A stretch of 48,481 nt of DNA, taken from NCBI GenBank assembly GCA_963660725.1, contig CAVKZU010000108.1, positions 1 to 48,481 on the forward strand, in the 5' to 3' direction. Both the position numbers and the translations under genes were made by a program. Origin of the DNA: Lachnospiraceae bacterium. Lineage in GTDB: Bacteria > Bacillota_I > Bacilli_A > RFN20 > CAG-826. Shown one piece after another: positions 36,310 through 47,987 of the stretch (position 1 is the stretch's first letter; each line of letters opens with the position of its first letter). The notes beneath the pieces are model-generated. The model had not been told where the DNA came from. It did not search any database and saw nothing but the letters and a program-made list of their open reading frames with translations.

Positions 36310-37140
36310 ATGGATTTTTCAAAAATTTTGAAATTTTATACTTGGAATGAAATACCACCTGAATTTTTATCTTCATTTTTAACAATGATTATTGTAATTA
36401 TTATTGCAATAGTAATAAAAATTAAATTAAGAAATTATGATCCACTTAAAAAGCCAAAAGGCTTCTTGCATATTTGCGAAATTATTATTGAATTCGCAGA
36501 TAAGCAAGTAAAAGATATTATGGGACCTGCATTTCCTAATTATGGTGGATATATTGCATGTGTAGGACTTTATATTATTATAGGATTTATAGTTGGTATG
36601 ATAGGTATTCCAAACGTATTCCAACCAGGAAGTGAAGAGTTTTTAAAACCTTTACCAAATCCATTTACAAATTTAGCAATGCCTTTATCACTTGCTATTG
36701 TTACATTTATATTAACGCATTTTACTGCTATTAAATATAAAAAATGGAGTTATTTTGAAAGATATATTGAACCATTCCCAGTATTTTTACCAATTAACTT
36801 GGTAACAATGTGGAGTAGTGTTTTATCTTTAACTTTACGTTTATTTGGTAATGCATTAGCAGGTTATTGTATTATTACATTAATTTATGTAGGTATTGGC
36901 ACAATAATTCCTAATACATTAGCTGGATTTGCAATTGTTCCGATTTTAGCACCAGTTGCACATTTATATTTTGATATTTTTGATGGACTCATTCAACTTG
37001 CAGTCTTTACTATATTAACAATGATTAATGTTTCTAATGAATACGTTTCTGAAGAAGCATATAATCAAATTCAATTAGAAAAGAAAGAAAAGAAAATGAG
37101 AAAACGTTCAAAAATAAAAGAAATTAAAGAAGGAAATTAA
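36310..37140 (+). CDS. atpB: F0F1 ATP synthase subunit a
   Basis: LSLTLRLFGNALAG contains the essential Arg. The polytopic layout and operon position fit. It has a K/E-rich C-terminal tail. Confidence 0.92.
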   Translation: MDFSKILKFYTWNEIPPEFLSSFLTMIIVIIIAIVIKIKLRNYDPLKKPKGFLHICEIIIEFADKQVKDIMGPAFPNYGGYIACVGLYIIIGFIVGMIGIPNVFQPGSEEFLKPLPNPFTNLAMPLSLAIVTFILTHFTAIKYKKWSYFERYIEPFPVFLPINLVTMWSSVLSLTLRLFGNALAGYCIITLIYVGIGTIIPNTLAGFAIVPILAPVAHLYFDIFDGLIQLAVFTILTMINVSNEYVSEEAYNQIQLEKKEKKMRKRSKIKEIKEGN

Positions 37141-37167
37141 TATTTAGTATATAAAAGGAGAAGATTT

Positions 37168-37386
37168 ATGAATTTTTTAGGTTTAGGTATTGCATGTATT
37201 GGTATGGGACTTGCTGCTATTGGTGAAGGCTTATCAGTTTCAAAAGCAATGGAAGCAATTGGAAGAAATCCAAGTTGTTCAAAAGATGTTAGAACAACTA
37301 TGATCATTGGTCTTGGTTTAATCGAATCAGTTGCTATTTATATTCTTGTTGTTGCTATTTTAATGGCATTCGTTGTTGCTGCTTAA
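37168..37386 (+). CDS. atpE: F0F1 ATP synthase subunit c
   Basis: 72-aa hairpin proteolipid. GRNP loop, and the ion-binding Glu in GLIESVAIY. Confidence 0.93.
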   Translation: MNFLGLGIACIGMGLAAIGEGLSVSKAMEAIGRNPSCSKDVRTTMIIGLGLIESVAIYILVVAILMAFVVAA

Positions 37387-37401
37387 TAAGAAGATTTTTT
37401 T

Positions 37402-38031
37402 ATGAAAAGACATGCAAAAATTAAATTAATAGCTTTATTTTCATTTCTTGCATTATCTTTAACAAGTTGTGACACTAAAGAAATTGGTGAAAGAATTTCT
37501 ACTACTGTTAATAATATGTTACCAAATTTATGGTTTACATTACTTCAACTTGCATTATTTATTGTTACTTTCTTAATTATTTTCTTTTTAGCATATAAAC
37601 CTTTAAAGAAAAAGCTAAGTCAAAGAGCTGAATATATCGAAAGTAATATTAAAGATAGTGAAAATAAGAAAAAAGAAGCTGAAGAAAATTTAAAGAAGAG
37701 TGCTGAATATATTGATGAAAGTAAGAAGCAAGCTTCAAAAATTCTTCAAACTGCACAAGTTAATGCTGAAAGTTATGCTCAAGAATCTCAAAAAGCATTA
37801 CAAGAATCAATTGAAAAACAAAAGGTTCAAGCTCATAAAGATATTGAAGCAGAAAGAGCAAAAACTATTAAAGGTGCAAAAGCTGATATTATTGAAGCAG
37901 CAATTTTAACAAGTAAAGAACTCTTAAAAAGAGATGTTAATATTGAAGATAACGATAAAATCGTTGATGAATTTATCAATGAATTAACAAAATCAGAAGA
38001 AATTAATTCTAAGGATATAAAAGATGAATAG
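37402..38031 (+). CDS. atpF: F0F1 ATP synthase subunit b (with a lipoprotein-like N-terminus)
   Basis: One TM helix followed by a long charged coiled coil; the operon position fits. The N-terminus LALSLTSCD resembles a lipobox ahead of the b-subunit TM. Confidence 0.85.
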   Translation: MKRHAKIKLIALFSFLALSLTSCDTKEIGERISTTVNNMLPNLWFTLLQLALFIVTFLIIFFLAYKPLKKKLSQRAEYIESNIKDSENKKKEAEENLKKSAEYIDESKKQASKILQTAQVNAESYAQESQKALQESIEKQKVQAHKDIEAERAKTIKGAKADIIEAAILTSKELLKRDVNIEDNDKIVDEFINELTKSEEINSKDIKDE

Positions 38032-38569
38032 TGATACTTTAATTCTTAAAATAGCAGAAGGATTTTATGATGCTGCAAAAGAAAATAATAAAGTTAGTGC
38101 TTATCAAAGCGAACTTAAATTTTTAATGTGGACTTTTAGAAAAAATCCTGAACTTTTTGAGTATTTTAAATCAACATTCAACGATTATAACGATAAAATT
38201 AAAACATTGGATAATATTTATGAAGATACATTATCTAATGAAATGAAAACATTTATTAAAATTCTTCTTCAAAGAGATTTAATCGATAAAATTGAAGAAA
38301 TTAAAATAGATTTTGATAAATTAGCAGATTTAGAGGCAAATAAAATTGAAGGAATAATTTATACTCCTTTTGAAATTAAAGAAGATCGAGTTAAAAAAAT
38401 GGAAGAAATTTTTAGTAATAAACTCAATAAAAAAGTTACTTTAATTACTAAAATCGATCGTTCTTTAGTTGCAGGAATAAAAGTATTAATCAAAGATATA
38501 GTTTATGATTATTCTTTAGATTCTAGATTAAATGACGCTAAAGCTAATTTACTTGAATCTATTAAATAG
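38024..38569 (+). CDS. atpH: F0F1 ATP synthase subunit delta
   Basis: 181 aa with OSCP-like length, and C-terminal [19 protein letters not shown]. It sits between atpF and atpA. Confidence 0.85.
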   Translation: MNSDTLILKIAEGFYDAAKENNKVSAYQSELKFLMWTFRKNPELFEYFKSTFNDYNDKIKTLDNIYEDTLSNEMKTFIKILLQRDLIDKIEEIKIDFDKLADLEANKIEGIIYTPFEIKEDRVKKMEEIFSNKLNKKVTLITKIDRSLVAGIKVLIKDIVYDYSLDSRLNDAKANLLESIK

Positions 38570-38577
38570 GAGGATTT

Positions 38578-40101
38578 ATGGCAGATTTAACAAACCTTAA
38601 TTCATTATCCCAAATTATTAAAGATGAAATTAGTAAAACTAATAATAGTGTAAATGCCCAAAATGTTGGACAAGTTGTTAGTGTTGGAGATTGTATTGCA
38701 ACAATTTATGGTCTTGATGAAGCAATGTATGGAGAAATGATTGAATTTCCTCATGATAATTTTGGTATGGTCATGAATATTAATGAAGATTCAATTGATT
38801 GTGCTTTATTTAATTCAAAAACTCCTATTAAAGAAGGAGATTTATGTAAAAGAACTGGAAAAGTTGTAAGTGTTCCAGTTGGTGATAATATGCTTGGAAG
38901 AGTTGTTAACACATTAGGAGTCCCAATTGATGGAAAAGGACCTATTTTAACAACTGAAACTCGTCCAATTGAGATGAATGCTCCTGAAATTATGGATAGA
39001 GAAAGCGTTAATGAGCCTTTAGAAACAGGTATTAAAGCAATCGACTCAATGATTCCAATCGGTAAAGGTCAAAGAGAATTAATTATCGGAGACCGTCAAA
39101 CTGGAAAAACCGCTATTGCAATCGATACAATTTTAAATCAAAAAGGAAAGGATGTTTTATGTGTTTATTGTGGAATTGGTCAAAAAAATTCTACAATTGC
39201 TCAAATTGTAAATAAATTAAAAATACATGACGCTTTAAAATACACAGTTATTGTAAGTGCTACTGCAAGTGAACCAGCACCTATGCTTTATCTTGCTCCT
39301 TACGCTGCAAGTTCAATTGCTGAATATTGGATGTATCAAGGCAAAAACGTATTAATTGTTTATGATGATTTAAGCAAACATGCTGTTGCATATCGTACAT
39401 TATCACTTCTTTTAAGAAGAAGCCCAGGAAGAGAAGCATATCCTGGTGATATTTTCTATTTACATTCAAGATTACTTGAAAGAAGTTGTAAATTATCAAA
39501 AGAATTAGGTGGAGGAAGTATTACTGCTTTACCAATTGTTGAAACTCAAGCAGGTGATATTTCTGATTATATTCCTACAAATATTATTTCCATTACAGAT
39601 GGTCAATTATTTTTGAATAGTGAATTATTTAATAGTGGTCAAAGACCTGCAATTGATTCATCTTTATCAGTTAGCCGTGTTGGTAGTGCTGCACAAACTA
39701 AAGTTATGAAGAAAGTTTCTTCAAATTTAAGAATGGCTTTAGCAAATTATCAAGAAATGTTAGATTTTTCTAGATTTGGAAGTGATTTAGACGCTACTAC
39801 TAAACACATTTTAACTCATGGTGCAGTTTTACTTGATGTTTTAAAGCAAAAACAATATATGCCTTTATCTTTAGCTCAAGAAGTTATTGATATTTATGTT
39901 GCTCAATCTGGACTTTTAGATGATATAAAACTTGAGAATGTTCATGAATGTTTAAAAGTTTTAGATAACGCTATTCAAACAGATTTACCTACTCTTGCTC
40001 ATGAAATTGAAAAAGAAGGTAATTTTAGTGAAGAAGCAAAAGAAAGAATTGCAAAAATTTTATCAACTATAAAAGTACATTATCAAAGTGAAGAAAATTA
40101 A
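38578..40101 (+). CDS. atpA: F0F1 ATP synthase subunit alpha
   Basis: Walker [12 protein letters not shown], plus [15 protein letters not shown] and [20 protein letters not shown]. Confidence 0.97.
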   Translation: MADLTNLNSLSQIIKDEISKTNNSVNAQNVGQVVSVGDCIATIYGLDEAMYGEMIEFPHDNFGMVMNINEDSIDCALFNSKTPIKEGDLCKRTGKVVSVPVGDNMLGRVVNTLGVPIDGKGPILTTETRPIEMNAPEIMDRESVNEPLETGIKAIDSMIPIGKGQRELIIGDRQTGKTAIAIDTILNQKGKDVLCVYCGIGQKNSTIAQIVNKLKIHDALKYTVIVSATASEPAPMLYLAPYAASSIAEYWMYQGKNVLIVYDDLSKHAVAYRTLSLLLRRSPGREAYPGDIFYLHSRLLERSCKLSKELGGGSITALPIVETQAGDISDYIPTNIISITDGQLFLNSELFNSGQRPAIDSSLSVSRVGSAAQTKVMKKVSSNLRMALANYQEMLDFSRFGSDLDATTKHILTHGAVLLDVLKQKQYMPLSLAQEVIDIYVAQSGLLDDIKLENVHECLKVLDNAIQTDLPTLAHEIEKEGNFSEEAKERIAKILSTIKVHYQSEEN

Positions 40102-40103
40102 TT

Positions 40104-42415
<2,312 letters not shown>

Positions 42416-42417
42416 TT

Positions 42418-42831
42418 ATGGATAATAAATTTAGATTACAAATTATTGCACCTAATGGAATATATTTAGATAAAGAAATAGATTCTTTGACTTGTGTTAC
42501 TGAAGAAGGTGAAATTGAAGTTTTATCACATCATTTTGAATATTTAGCAAATCTTGAAATTTCTATTATATATATAAAAGAAGATAATAATAAGGTTGGA
42601 TATGCAATTGGAGGAGGTGCGATTCATTTTGATGGGACGCAAAATCTTTGTAAATTAATTGTAGCAACAATCTATAAAGAAGAAGATATTGATTTATCAA
42701 AACTTAAAAAACAAAAAGAAACTTTAGAAAAGAAACTTTCCACAAATCTTTCAACTGTTGAACATAAAAATGTTGAAAGAGAGTTAAGAAAAACTATAAA
42801 TAATTTAAAATTTAAAGAATCAATGAAGTAA
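42418..42831 (+). CDS. atpC: F0F1 ATP synthase subunit epsilon
   Basis: 137 aa. N-terminal beta-sandwich pattern (LQIIAPNG...VLSHH) plus a C-terminal helical hairpin. It is the last gene of the operon. Confidence 0.88.
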   Translation: MDNKFRLQIIAPNGIYLDKEIDSLTCVTEEGEIEVLSHHFEYLANLEISIIYIKEDNNKVGYAIGGGAIHFDGTQNLCKLIVATIYKEEDIDLSKLKKQKETLEKKLSTNLSTVEHKNVERELRKTINNLKFKESMK

Positions 42832-42839
42832 ATTTAGTT

Positions 42840-42903
42840 AATCTCTACTTAAAAGTGTAAAATTTTAAAAAAATAGATTTTTACATTTTTAGTAGAGATT
42901 TTT
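42840..42903 (+). terminator. Long imperfect hairpin terminator after the atp operon
   Basis: Arms AATCTCTACTTAAAAGTGTAAAA and TTTTACATTTTTAGTAGAGATT (~20 bp with a bulge), followed by TTT. Confidence 0.6.
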
Positions 42904-42914
42904 ACATTTAAGTT

Positions 42915-42928
42915 TGAAAGCGCTTTCA
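42915..42928. promoter_or_regulatory. Catabolite-responsive element (cre, CcpA-type operator) upstream of the sugar ABC operon
   Basis: TGAAAGCGCTTTCA is a perfect palindrome matching the cre consensus TGWAANCGNTNWCA. It lies 83 nt upstream of the binding-protein ATG, next to TATAAT at 42931-42936. Confidence 0.55.
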
Positions 42929-43010
42929 TTTATAATTGAATCATCATAAAGAGGGATAAGTATTATTTACTATTCCTTTCATAAAATTATTAGGAGGAAA
43001 ATTATAATTT

Positions 43011-44264
43011 ATGAAAAAAAGATTATTACCAGTAACAGCTGTTGCTTTAGCAGGTATGTTACTCGCATCATGTGGTGGCTCAACAAAATGGTCATGGGAA
43101 AGTGCAAGTAGTGATGGTGTCTTAAAATATGGTTTATTAATCGGACAAATCGATCATAATGATAGTGCTGCAAGAACTGCTGGTATTCGTGACGCTTTAA
43201 ATACAAGAACTGCAACACATGCTACAAACCCAAATACAGAACAAGCTGTTGAAGGTAAATTAACTTTAGGCGGAAAAGAATATAAAGTTGTTGAAAGAGT
43301 TAATCAAGAATGTAAATCAACAGGTGGTGCAACTTGGGATCAAGAAACAGCTACTAGAACTGTTGAAAACTGGCTATCAAACTATTCAGATTTAGACTTC
43401 GTTGTATCAAATAATGATGGTATGGCTGAAGGTGCTATTGCTGCTACTAACTGGATTGAAGGAACTCCAATCTTCGGATATGATAGTAACCAATCAACAT
43501 TAAAATATATTAAAGAAGGCAAGATCATGGGTACAGTTAACCAAAATGCTCCTGCTCAAGCTGCTGCAATTTATATGACAGCAAGAAATGCTGTTGATGG
43601 ATTAGAAGGCTCAAGTGTTTATGAATATGGCTTCAATGCAGTTAATGAAAATGGATATGGACAAATTGCTAGTGCTGTTAGTTATGGTAAAGAAGCTCAT
43701 TCATTATTAGTTGATAACGTTGCAGTTACTTCAGCTAACGTTGATGCATTTATGACAGATGATATCACTACATTAGTTGAAGCAGGTGTTAAAAAAGGTA
43801 GCACAAAAACAGTTAATGTATTCCAAACATATTATAGTTCATCAGATACATTCTTAAATTCATCTATGAGTCCATTATTCAAAAAATATGCTGATTTATT
43901 TAACTTCAATGTTACTGAATTCAAAGGTGATGGTAACGATGATACTACATGTCTAAATGCTTTAGATAGTGCTTTAGCAGGTGGAACATATGGAGCTTAC
44001 ATTATTAACATGGTTAAGACAACATCTACAAAAACTTACTTAGATAAGATTGCTGATGGTGTTGGAGCAACTGAAGCTAATCCAACAAGTGTCCCAGTTA
44101 TCTTCTGGAATAGACAAGGAACATTAGCTGATGGTTCAGTTGATAAAGATAATATGAACGATAAGAGATTTAAAAATATTTTCTACGTTGGTTTCGATGC
44201 AAATCAAGGTGGTGAATTACAAGGTCAAATGATCGTTGATTACTTCAATAATTTAGCTAAATAA
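43011..44264 (+). CDS. Sugar ABC transporter substrate-binding lipoprotein (periplasmic-binding-protein type I, MglB/RbsB-like)
   Basis: Signal peptide with lipobox LLASCGG. A PBP type I-like layout and the gene context fit. GGAGG RBS. Confidence 0.8.
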   Translation: MKKRLLPVTAVALAGMLLASCGGSTKWSWESASSDGVLKYGLLIGQIDHNDSAARTAGIRDALNTRTATHATNPNTEQAVEGKLTLGGKEYKVVERVNQECKSTGGATWDQETATRTVENWLSNYSDLDFVVSNNDGMAEGAIAATNWIEGTPIFGYDSNQSTLKYIKEGKIMGTVNQNAPAQAAAIYMTARNAVDGLEGSSVYEYGFNAVNENGYGQIASAVSYGKEAHSLLVDNVAVTSANVDAFMTDDITTLVEAGVKKGSTKTVNVFQTYYSSSDTFLNSSMSPLFKKYADLFNFNVTEFKGDGNDDTTCLNALDSALAGGTYGAYIINMVKTTSTKTYLDKIADGVGATEANPTSVPVIFWNRQGTLADGSVDKDNMNDKRFKNIFYVGFDANQGGELQGQMIVDYFNNLAK

Positions 44265-44280
44265 TTAAGAAATTAATTAA

Positions 44281-44310
44281 GGCAGGCTCTTCATAGAAGA
44301 GCTTGCCCTT
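44281..44310 (+). other. GC-rich intercistronic stem-loop between the binding-protein and ATPase genes
   Basis: 12-bp stem GGCAGGCTCTTC / GAAGAGCTTGCC (one G-U pair) with a 3-nt loop and no T-run. This is typical of mRNA-stabilising or partial-termination hairpins after SBP genes. Confidence 0.6.
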
Positions 44311-44328
44311 ATTCGTAGGGAGAATTTT

Positions 44329-45825
44329 ATGGAAGACAATTATGTTTTAGAAATAAATGGTTTATCCAAAGCGTTTGGAAAAAATAGAGTTCTCAAGAAT
44401 GTTAATATTAAAATTAAAAAAGGTGAAGTTTTAGGTTTAATGGGCGAAAATGGCGCTGGTAAATCTACTATGATGAAATGCTTATTCGGTATTTATGCAA
44501 AAGATAGTGGAGACTTTAAACTCGAAGGAAAAGATATCAATTTTACTTCACCAAAACAAGCTTTAGAATTAGGCGTTGCAATGGTTCATCAAGAACTCAA
44601 TCAATGCTTAGAAAGATCAATTATTGATAACATGTTCCTTGGAAGATATATCACAAAAGGTGGTGTTATTAATGAAAAGGCAATGTATGATAAATGTATT
44701 GAACTTTTCAAAAGATTAGATATCAACCAAAACCCAAAGAGAATTATGAAAACAATGTCAGTTTCTCAAAGACAAATGGTTGAAATCGCAAAAGCTGTTT
44801 CATATAATGCAAAAGTTATTATTCTTGATGAACCTACATCTTCTTTATCAGAAAAAGAAGTTAGAAAACTTTTTGGTATTATTAATCAATTAAAAAAAGA
44901 AGGTGTTAGTTTCGTATTCATTTCACACAAAATGGATGAAATCTTCGAATTATGTGATGATGTTGTCATCTTAAGAGATGGTGAAGTCACTTTAGATAAG
45001 CCAACAAAAGAAACAAACTTAGATGAATTAGTTAAGGCGATGGTTGGAAGAAGTTTAGATTCAAGATTCCCACCTATGACTAATACTCCAGGTGAAACTG
45101 TTTTAGAAGTTAAAAATCTTTGTACTAGATATAAACCTAATTTAGAAAACATTTCATTTGAATTAAAAGCTGGTGAAATTTTAGGTTTATATGGACTTGT
45201 TGGAGCAGGAAGAACTGAATTATTAGAATCATTATTTGGAATTAGAACAATTTCTGAAGGTGAAATTATATATAAAGGCGAACCTGTTTCATTTAAAAAT
45301 TCTAAAGAAGCTATGGATAAAAACTTTGCTTTAGTAACTGAAGAAAGAAGAGTTAATGGAATTTTTGGAAGTGCTAACTTAGTTTACAATACTTGTATTA
45401 CAAATCTTGATAAATATAAAAAATTTGGTATGTTAAACAACTCTTTAATGGTTGATAGTACTAAAGATGAAATTAAGAGTATGCATACAAAATGTACATC
45501 TGAAAAAGATTGTATCTCATCACTTAGTGGTGGAAATATGCAAAAGGTTATTATTGGTAAGTGGATGGAAAGAAAACCTGATGTCTTCTTACTTGATGAG
45601 CCAACTCGTGGTATTGATGTTATGGCAAAATACCAAATTTATGAATTAATGATTAAACTTGCAAGTGAAGGTAAGAGTATTATCATGGTTTCTAGTGAAA
45701 TGCCTGAAATCTTAGGTGTTACTAATAGAATCATTGTTATGTCAAACTATAAAATTGCTGGTATTGTTAATACAAAAGACACAAATCAAGAAGAACTTCT
45801 TAGATTATGTGCAAAGAATTTATAG
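44329..45825 (+). CDS. Sugar ABC transporter ATP-binding protein with tandem NBDs (MglA/RbsA-like)
   Basis: 498 aa. NBD1 has GENGAGKST and ILDEPTSSL. NBD2 has GLVGAGRTE, LSGGNMQKV and FLLDEPTRGID. Confidence 0.9.
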   Translation: MEDNYVLEINGLSKAFGKNRVLKNVNIKIKKGEVLGLMGENGAGKSTMMKCLFGIYAKDSGDFKLEGKDINFTSPKQALELGVAMVHQELNQCLERSIIDNMFLGRYITKGGVINEKAMYDKCIELFKRLDINQNPKRIMKTMSVSQRQMVEIAKAVSYNAKVIILDEPTSSLSEKEVRKLFGIINQLKKEGVSFVFISHKMDEIFELCDDVVILRDGEVTLDKPTKETNLDELVKAMVGRSLDSRFPPMTNTPGETVLEVKNLCTRYKPNLENISFELKAGEILGLYGLVGAGRTELLESLFGIRTISEGEIIYKGEPVSFKNSKEAMDKNFALVTEERRVNGIFGSANLVYNTCITNLDKYKKFGMLNNSLMVDSTKDEIKSMHTKCTSEKDCISSLSGGNMQKVIIGKWMERKPDVFLLDEPTRGIDVMAKYQIYELMIKLASEGKSIIMVSSEMPEILGVTNRIIVMSNYKIAGIVNTKDTNQEELLRLCAKNL

Positions 45826-45837
45826 GAGATTAGAAAT

Positions 45838-47589
45838 ATGAGTGAAACTAATAAAATAGTTAATCCATTTGAAGAAAAATCTTGTTATAAAGAATATTAC
45901 GATAAACTTGATGCTTTAAGAGCAGATGGTGAAAATAAAATTCGTGCTTTAAATGGAGAAAACAGAGACTTAAAGCTCAATAAACAAATTGATAAAGACA
46001 TTTGTAAGAAATTAGTTGCTAAAAATAAAGAAGCAATTAAAGAAGCACAAATTGTTAAAAAAGAAAAGGCAGCAGAAGTTAAAGATATTGTCAAAGAAGG
46101 CGTTGCTTGTGCAAAAGAAGATGGTAAAGTCTTTTATGATGAAGTTAAGAAAGAATTTAAAGATGAATATATTGCTACCATTGAAGCAATAAAAGAAGAA
46201 GAAATTCAAGAAAAACAAGATCATTCTGAAAGATATGCTAGAATTCAACAAGAAAATGCTGAAAAAACTGAAAAAGCTAGAGCTGAATTTGAGGCAATAA
46301 AAGCTATTACTCCAAAAGAAGCAAGCGAAGAAGAACAAGATAAATTAAGAAGTGTTCGTAAAACTTATGAAAATGAAGTTAAAGGTGCAAAACTTAGAAT
46401 TCAAGGCGAAAGAACTTTACACAAATCTAGACTTGGCGAATTCAAATTAAGAAGAGAAAACGCTAAAGCAAAATATAAAGATGCAATTTTTAATGCATAT
46501 AGTGAAAAACTTAATTCTTATTCATTATTAGAAAATGGTAATTTAACTATCGGACAAAAAATTGAAAGATGGGGTAAAAATTACAGTCATGACTTTAAAT
46601 TTAAGAATTGGTTTATTAAAAATGCATTATACATTATTATTCTTATTTTCTTTATCTTTACAATCATTACAGGTGCTGTACAAGGAAAACAATTCTTAAG
46701 TTACTCAAATATTAAAAATATTTTAGGTCAATCTTCAGTTAAAGTTTTCTATTCACTTGGTGTTGCAGGACTTATCTTGCTTGCTGGTACTGACCTTTCT
46801 GTTGGTAGAATTACTGGTCTTGGTGCTTCAGTTGTTCACCTTGTCTTATCAACAACAATTTATTCTACTGCAAATGGATTAGAAATTGATTGGTTCGTAG
46901 GAATGCCAGTTGCTCTTAAAGTAGTAGTTGCATTACTCTTATCAATATTACTATGTACTTTATTTACATCAATTGCAGGTTTCTTCTCTGCAAAATTCAA
47001 AATGCATCCATTCATTACAACACTTTCAACTCAACTTTTAATGTATGGTATTTCAATGGCATTATTTAGTACAGTTCCTTCATTCAACATGGAATCAGGA
47101 ATTAAAAGAGTTTTAAATAATGGTTATGTAAATATTATTATTGCTGCAGCTATCGTTATTGCTATTGTTTGGTTTATCTGGAATAAAACTAAATTTGGTA
47201 AAAATATGTACGCTGTAGGTGGAAACGCAGAAGCTGCAAGTGTTAGTGGTATCAGTGTTTTCTGGACAACATTCTTAGTCTTCGTTATGGCTGGTATCTT
47301 ATATGGATTTGGTGGATTTGCTACTGCTTTAGTTGGTAGTGGTGCTAACCCTAATACTGGTTTTGGTACTGAACTTGATGCTATTGCTGCTTGTGTTATT
47401 GGTGGTGTTTCATTCTCAGGTGGTATTGGTAAAATTAGTGGAGTTGTCTTTGGTACAATTATCTTCTCAGGCTTAACATATTGTTTAACATTCTTAGAAT
47501 ATGATGTTAACATTCAATATATCTTCAAAGGTATTATCATTATGGCAGCTGTCTGTTTAGATTCATTAAAATACTTAAAGAAGAAATAA
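45838..47589 (+). CDS. Sugar ABC transporter permease (BPD_transp_2, MglC/RbsC-like) with a ~250-aa K/E-rich N-terminal extension
   Basis: 583 aa. The C-terminal ~330 aa have ~9-10 TM segments, with GTDLSVGR and ELDAIAACVIGG motifs typical of RbsC/MglC. The N-terminal 250 aa are charged and look like coiled coil. Confidence 0.85.
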   Translation: MSETNKIVNPFEEKSCYKEYYDKLDALRADGENKIRALNGENRDLKLNKQIDKDICKKLVAKNKEAIKEAQIVKKEKAAEVKDIVKEGVACAKEDGKVFYDEVKKEFKDEYIATIEAIKEEEIQEKQDHSERYARIQQENAEKTEKARAEFEAIKAITPKEASEEEQDKLRSVRKTYENEVKGAKLRIQGERTLHKSRLGEFKLRRENAKAKYKDAIFNAYSEKLNSYSLLENGNLTIGQKIERWGKNYSHDFKFKNWFIKNALYIIILIFFIFTIITGAVQGKQFLSYSNIKNILGQSSVKVFYSLGVAGLILLAGTDLSVGRITGLGASVVHLVLSTTIYSTANGLEIDWFVGMPVALKVVVALLLSILLCTLFTSIAGFFSAKFKMHPFITTLSTQLLMYGISMALFSTVPSFNMESGIKRVLNNGYVNIIIAAAIVIAIVWFIWNKTKFGKNMYAVGGNAEAASVSGISVFWTTFLVFVMAGILYGFGGFATALVGSGANPNTGFGTELDAIAACVIGGVSFSGGIGKISGVVFGTIIFSGLTYCLTFLEYDVNIQYIFKGIIIMAAVCLDSLKYLKKK

Positions 47590-47617
47590 TACTAATTAAT
47601 AAAATTTATAGTAAAAT

Positions 47618-47647
47618 AAAAGTAGGATTGAATAAATCCTACTTTTT
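47618..47647 (+). terminator. Rho-independent terminator after the sugar ABC operon
   Basis: Stem AAAAGTAGGATT / AATCCTACTTTT with a 5-nt loop, followed by a T-run. Confidence 0.8.
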
Positions 47648-47660
47648 CAAAGGAGTAAAC

Positions 47661-47987
47661 ATGATACCTTTTTATTACGCGGTTGTTTTTATTTTATTAG
47701 GTATGTTATTTTCATACCTTCAATGTGTTAGATATTTAAAAGGATTAAGAGGAATTTTAAGTCCAGTTCCAGATCATTATCCAATTTTAGTAAGTATATT
47801 TTTTGGAGGTCCAGTTCTTTTATTAACTTATCTTTTTAGCGATATTAGAGATGAAGACGCAATGCATAAAAGAAGATATTTAATTTGTGGAATTATCTTT
47901 ACAATTCTTCAAATTACTTTAGTTGCATTACTTATTTATTTTAAAGTTCTTACTTTCGAAGTAACTCAACAAGATAAGTCAATTTAG
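47661..47987 (+). CDS. Small membrane protein (3 TM), unknown function
   Basis: The ATG at 47661 is preceded by AAAGGAG. The track's TTG start at 47628 lies inside the terminator hairpin. Confidence 0.55.
   Translation: MIPFYYAVVFILLGMLFSYLQCVRYLKGLRGILSPVPDHYPILVSIFFGGPVLLLTYLFSDIRDEDAMHKRRYLICGIIFTILQITLVALLIYFKVLTFEVTQQDKSI

Noticed and set aside
43009-43218. A 69-aa minus-strand ORF rich in His, Leu and Gln, opposite the start of the binding-protein gene.
   Set aside because: It is antisense to a gene that has a clear signal peptide and lipobox, and it has no RBS.
45897-46338. Two minus-strand ORFs (65 and 108 aa, Phe/Ser/Leu-rich) opposite the 5' part of the permease gene.
   Set aside because: They are the complement of the AAG/GAA-rich coding for the K/E-rich extension, so they are a compositional artefact.
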